Shown one piece after another: positions 59,995-64,000 of a stretch of DNA of 64,000 bases. This DNA is from the human T2T-CHM13v2.0 reference genome, Homo sapiens: assembly GCF_009914755.1 (NCBI RefSeq), contig NC_060932.1; one strand, given 5' to 3'. How positions within the stretch are numbered: position 1 is the first letter of the stretch; each line of letters begins with the position of its first letter. Below the pieces are notes generated by a model. It was not told where the DNA came from. It saw nothing but the letters and a program-made list of their open reading frames with translations, and did no database searches. The position numbers and the translations under genes are program-made.

Positions 59995-60660
59995 TTATTT
60001 GTTCCTTCAACAAATGTTTATTGAGTGCCTGGTCTATTCCAGGTACCATTCTGGAGGTAAGGGATTCAGCCCCTAACAAAAAATAAGCAAATTTATCTTC
60101 CATTAAGCTTAATTTCTAGTAAATGGAGACATACTATACAAGTCTAAGAAATAAAATTTGTGGTACATCAGATGGCAATAAGTGTTATAAAGTGAAATAA
60201 AACAAGGAGGGTGATTAGGAATAATTGCCAGAGTGAAGGAAGCATGTAGGGAATATTTTTAAATAGGGTCGTGAGAGTATTTCCCCTCCCCCAATTTGGT
60301 TAACAGAAGGTAGTTACTGATCTTCATAAAAAAAGTATTATGATGTTGGTGGTGCAAGTCAATGCAAATATGTGTATGCCACTAGAGAAGAAGCAGAGAG
60401 GCAGAGAACTAGAGCAAGCAGAAAACACATAAAAGTGTCAGTTATGACCAGGAGAGAAATGACGACAGAGATGAAAGCGATCATACGCCTAAGGGAGAAG
60501 TTTTGTTTGTTATTTTTGCTTTAGTTTAATTTGGGAAAACTTCAAAATGCTGCTCAGCTGAACCAAGAGCCAGAAAATGAATAATTAATGTAAACTGGAC
60601 TCTGGATGAAATGTGAGAAGAAAGGATAAAGAGCCTGAAACTCTCACAGCAGGCAACTGG
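59995..60660 (-). mobile_element. L2 fragments
   Basis: ttcaacaaatgtttattgagtgcc...aagcttaatttctagt...gatggcaataagtgttata. Confidence 0.7.
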
Positions 60661-60950
60661 AAGTAATAAAAAGTGTATGCTGAGAAAAAGGTACAGGTGT
60701 TTTACTAAAATAAATGGCTTAAAGTGAGTTGCAAAGATTGGAAATATATCATGAAGGGATTGAATGGATCAAAAAAGAATGGAAAAAATGTCTAAGATCA
60801 AATAAAGTTTTCAGTTGTCTCTAAGAACTCATTTCAAAATTGTTATTATTTATTATTATTATTTTACTGGGCAGTCACTTAAAAGCTGATTCTTTATTAT
60901 TTGTTTTGGAAGTCCTGGCTCAGTAGCCTGTTTGCAGCCCAGTAACATTA

Positions 60951-61032
60951 AATGAATGAATGAATGAATGAATGAATGAATGAACGAACGAATGAATGAG
61001 TGAATGAATGAATGAGTGAATGAATGAATGAA
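60951..61032 (+). repeat. (TGAA)n STR with variant units
   Basis: Direct reading. Confidence 0.95.
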
Positions 61033-61109
61033 ATACACCTTAATGTGCTCATTCAAGTAGAAGCAATGTGTACACTAAATTCTCTTTGCCAAAGGAACTT
61101 GCCTAATAT

Positions 61110-61300
61110 AGGATAAAGAGGATCAGGAAAAATAACTAATGACTACTAGCCTTAGTACATGGATGAGGAAATAAGCTATACAACAAACCCCCATGACATA
61201 AGTTTACCTGTGTGGCAAACCTACACATGTACCCCTGAACTTAAAAGGGAAAAACAAAATAAAACAAACAAACAAAAAAGAAAGAAAGAAAAAGAAAAAG
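61110..61300 (+). mobile_element. L1PA15/16-like 3' end
   Basis: ggatcaggaaaaataactaatg...acaacaaacccccatgacataagtttacct...cccctgaacttaaaa. Confidence 0.85.
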
Positions 61301-61716
61301 CGTGAAGGCATTTTGTTTGGACCATGTAAATTCTTTCAATACTTTAGATCATACCACAGAGACCCAAAGATATTTTTATCTTTCTCCCGGTATATTTTAG
61401 GGGGGTTCCCACTCCCCACTCGTTGCGTTTCCATGAGGAAACTCTACTCGTCTCCCCAAGAGATTAGAATCTTTGTGTGGTAACTTCAACCCTACTAGAC
61501 CCCTCCATCTTTTGAGGCTCATCTTTCCTTGTCATTACCAAGAGGGCTTTACAGGAGTTAGGCGGTAATTGCTTCCAGCAGCTAGCCAGAAAGCTATCTG
61601 CTTGGCAATCTCCCTATTAGCAGGTAACTATCACAAGGACCAAACAAAAAGGCAAATTAAAGAAGGCTGAACCTGGCCACATGACAGTAATTCAACTTAA
61701 ACAGTAATAAGCCACA

Positions 61717-62010
61717 CAGTTGGCCCTACTTACTCATGGGTTCAGCAGATTCAACCAATCATGGATGAAAATATTTTAAAATGAAAATAAAAATAATGCA
61801 TTAAAAAACAGTACAACAACCATTTACATAGCACTTACATTCTATTAGGTATTATAAGTAATCTAGAAATGATTTAAAGTATACAGGAGGATGTATCTAG
61901 GTTATATGCAAATACTATGTGATTTCATATCAGCGATTTGAGCATCTGCAGATTTTGCTATCTGCAGGGGTCCTGGAATCAAACCCCGCAGATACTGAAG
62001 AATGGTTGTA
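61717..62010 (-). mobile_element. MER2 (TcMar-Tigger) fossil
   Basis: cagttggccct...gattcaaccaa...ggtattataagtaatctagaaatgatttaaagtatacaggagg...gtcctggaatcaaacccc. Confidence 0.85.
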
Positions 62011-62015
62011 TATAT

Positions 62016-62046
<31 letters not shown>

Positions 62047-62090
62047 CACACACACACACATACACACATGCATATATATTTATATGCACA
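62009..62090 (+). repeat. Mixed (TA)/(CA) microsatellite
   Basis: Direct reading. Confidence 0.9.
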
Positions 62091-62949
62091 TAAGCACATA
62101 ATTACCTATATTATATATACTATTCATATGTAAACCTATATAATATGTAGGGTAAATATATTAATATAATAAACGTTCATATACATTTATCTATGCATTT
62201 TTATCATCACTCTAATTCCAGTAGTAAATATTTTTCAATTGCTTTTCAACTCAGACGGGATGCAAGGAGTTTGACTTACATTAACTTTATTATTACATTT
62301 TTTCCTTTCATTCATATAGACAAGCCAAAATTCACGGTAATTATATTTTGTACCTAACTGTGGTGGTATATTATTTTTAAATGTGAAAAGAAATTAGAGT
62401 TGTATGTATGCAACATAATTTTACTAACGATTGGTTATGACCATCATATCATTCAACATTTTATTTAAAATTGTTTCTACTGATCCGTGAAAGTTTACTT
62501 TGAACTTTAGAAAATAGATTCACAAAGAAATACTGTGTTCAGCTTTAAAATTCGGCAGAATCGGTTACGTGCATCCGACCAACTGATTTATTTGGAAATG
62601 CATGGATGGTCATGTTCTTTAAGAAGGCTCTGGTAGTTCATACATAGAGGAAGCTTGTTGAGGAGGTCAGAAGCCACACTTTCACTTATTGATTTCCTGC
62701 ACATGGATATAAGTTCACATGTAGATATAAGTTCACATTAAGATTTCAAGATTCTACATGTTCATCTAAAATGTTTACAAAGCTCACAGCATGCTTTCAT
62801 AGTTTCAATAAATTATTTGTGAATTAGTATAGAAATATGGCCCTTATTTTAGTGCATTTTGGTAAATCAGATTACGGAAGAGGTATTTTACTTCTAAAAC
62901 AGCTGATTTATTTCATTACTGGCAAAGGTGTTGTGAAGAACCTAGCACG

Positions 62950-63420
62950 TTATACGAACTTGGCACTGAAGAAACTTGCTGTCTTAGAATAGATCACAGA
63001 ACATTATAGTCAGATCTCTGTCCCTTTGCAGTCTACATCCTTGTGGGCTGATACATACAGTAAAACATAAACATAACAAATAATAGTATTTTAGAAGGCA
63101 ATAGGTTTATGGAAGATAAAAATGTAGCATAGGTTCTGTTAAAAGGAATTGACAATGCTGGATGTGAGGCTGGGGTTTGAGGAGGGTTGTCAGGGTAGAA
63201 GGTGAGGTTTGGTCAAAGACTTGGAGGAAGTCCAGGCATAAAGCCTGGGCTATCAGCAGAATGTTCCAGGCAATAGCTAGGGCAAAGTCACAAACGTCAA
63301 CACTTACAAGATATATTACTGAAATAGGAGGAGGCCAGCAGCAAGGCTGGGGCAGAGAGAAAGAGAGTGAGATGAGATGAGGTTAAGAGTCAACCAGATC
63401 ACATAGGGTTTTTTAGGTCA
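62950..63420 (-). mobile_element. L2 fragment
   Basis: gaatgttccaggcaatag...gagtgagatgagatgaggttaagag...ccagatcacatagggtttt. Confidence 0.7.
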
Positions 63421-63423
63421 GTT

Positions 63424-63615
63424 AGTCAGTTGAAGAGTAGCCCCCAAAGAAATGTCCACTCACAACCTCTGAATATGAACTTATTTGTAAATATCTTCTT
63501 TGCAGATGAAACTAAGTTAAGGATTTTAAGATGAGATCATAATGGATTTAGAGTCGGCTCTAAAATCAATGACTAGCGTGGCTAATCGTCCTTAGAAGAA
63601 GAGGACAAAACACAG
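63424..63615 (+). mobile_element. MLT1 (MaLR) LTR 5' fragment
   Basis: cccccaaagaaatgtcc...tctttgcagatgaaactaagttaagg...gatgagatcataatggatttag. Confidence 0.8.
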
Positions 63616-63675
63616 TTCTACCATTTGATAGCTGTGTGATCTCGGCCAGCATATTTACGTTTGTAAACAAAGTTT

Positions 63676-64000
63676 TCTTGGACTTGTTTTTTTTTTAGTG
63701 GTAATTTATTTATTGCCATTTCAATCTTGCTGCATGTTACTGATCTGTTAAGGGTATCTAATTCTTCCTGATATAAGCTAGGAAGTTTGCATCTTTCCAG
63801 GAATTTATCTATCTCCTCTAGTTTTCTAATTCGTGCACATAAAGGTATTCATAGTAGTCTTGAACGATTTTTTGTATTTCTGTGGTGTCAGCTGTAATAT
63901 CTCCCATTTCATTTCTAATTGAGCTTATTTAGATTTTCTTTCTTCTTTTCTCGGTTAATCTGGCCAGTGGTCTCCAAGACCAGACAGATTCACAGCAGAA
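63676..64000 (+). mobile_element. L1PB-like element: inverted 5' segment (63676-63973), with the sense body starting at ~63974 and running off the window
   Basis: Antisense ORF2 (ccaggaatttatc, tgtatttctgtggtgtcag) then sense ccaagaccagacagattcacagcagaa (PGPDGFTAE region). Confidence 0.85.

Overview
AT-rich primate genomic DNA. L1PA2-type diagnostics suggest human or another African great ape. The window looks intergenic or deep-intronic: I cannot support any host protein-coding exon, RNA gene or CpG island, and the recognisable long ORFs are transposon-derived (L1 ORF2 RT/C-terminus, MaLR internal ORF, Alu-derived frames). It is a layered archive of repeats: a two-LTR THE1/MST MaLR; solo LTRs (MER21, MST, MER61, MER67-like, LTR33, MER41, MLT1); 12 AluJ/AluS copies (no AluY seen); young and old L1s; L2/MIR; DNA-transposon fossils (MER1B, MER2 x2, MER63A, MER94, MER5A, Charlie); microsatellites; and several short local duplications. 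I did not find a convincing new biological system. The best leads are: (i) a compact liver/endoderm-type motif cluster near 16.2 kb with a possible minus-strand first exon; (ii) an L1PA2 copy with an apparent AT->GC substitution excess and no TSD; (iii) four twin-primed 5'-inverted L1s, two with short 3' transductions; (iv) a micro-inversion inside an MST LTR; (v) the same 7-nt duplication in two neighbouring Alus of different subfamilies; (vi) small CpG-retaining, motif-dense unique patches that may be enhancers. Repeat subfamily names come from remembered consensus sequences, and boundaries of old repeats are approximate.
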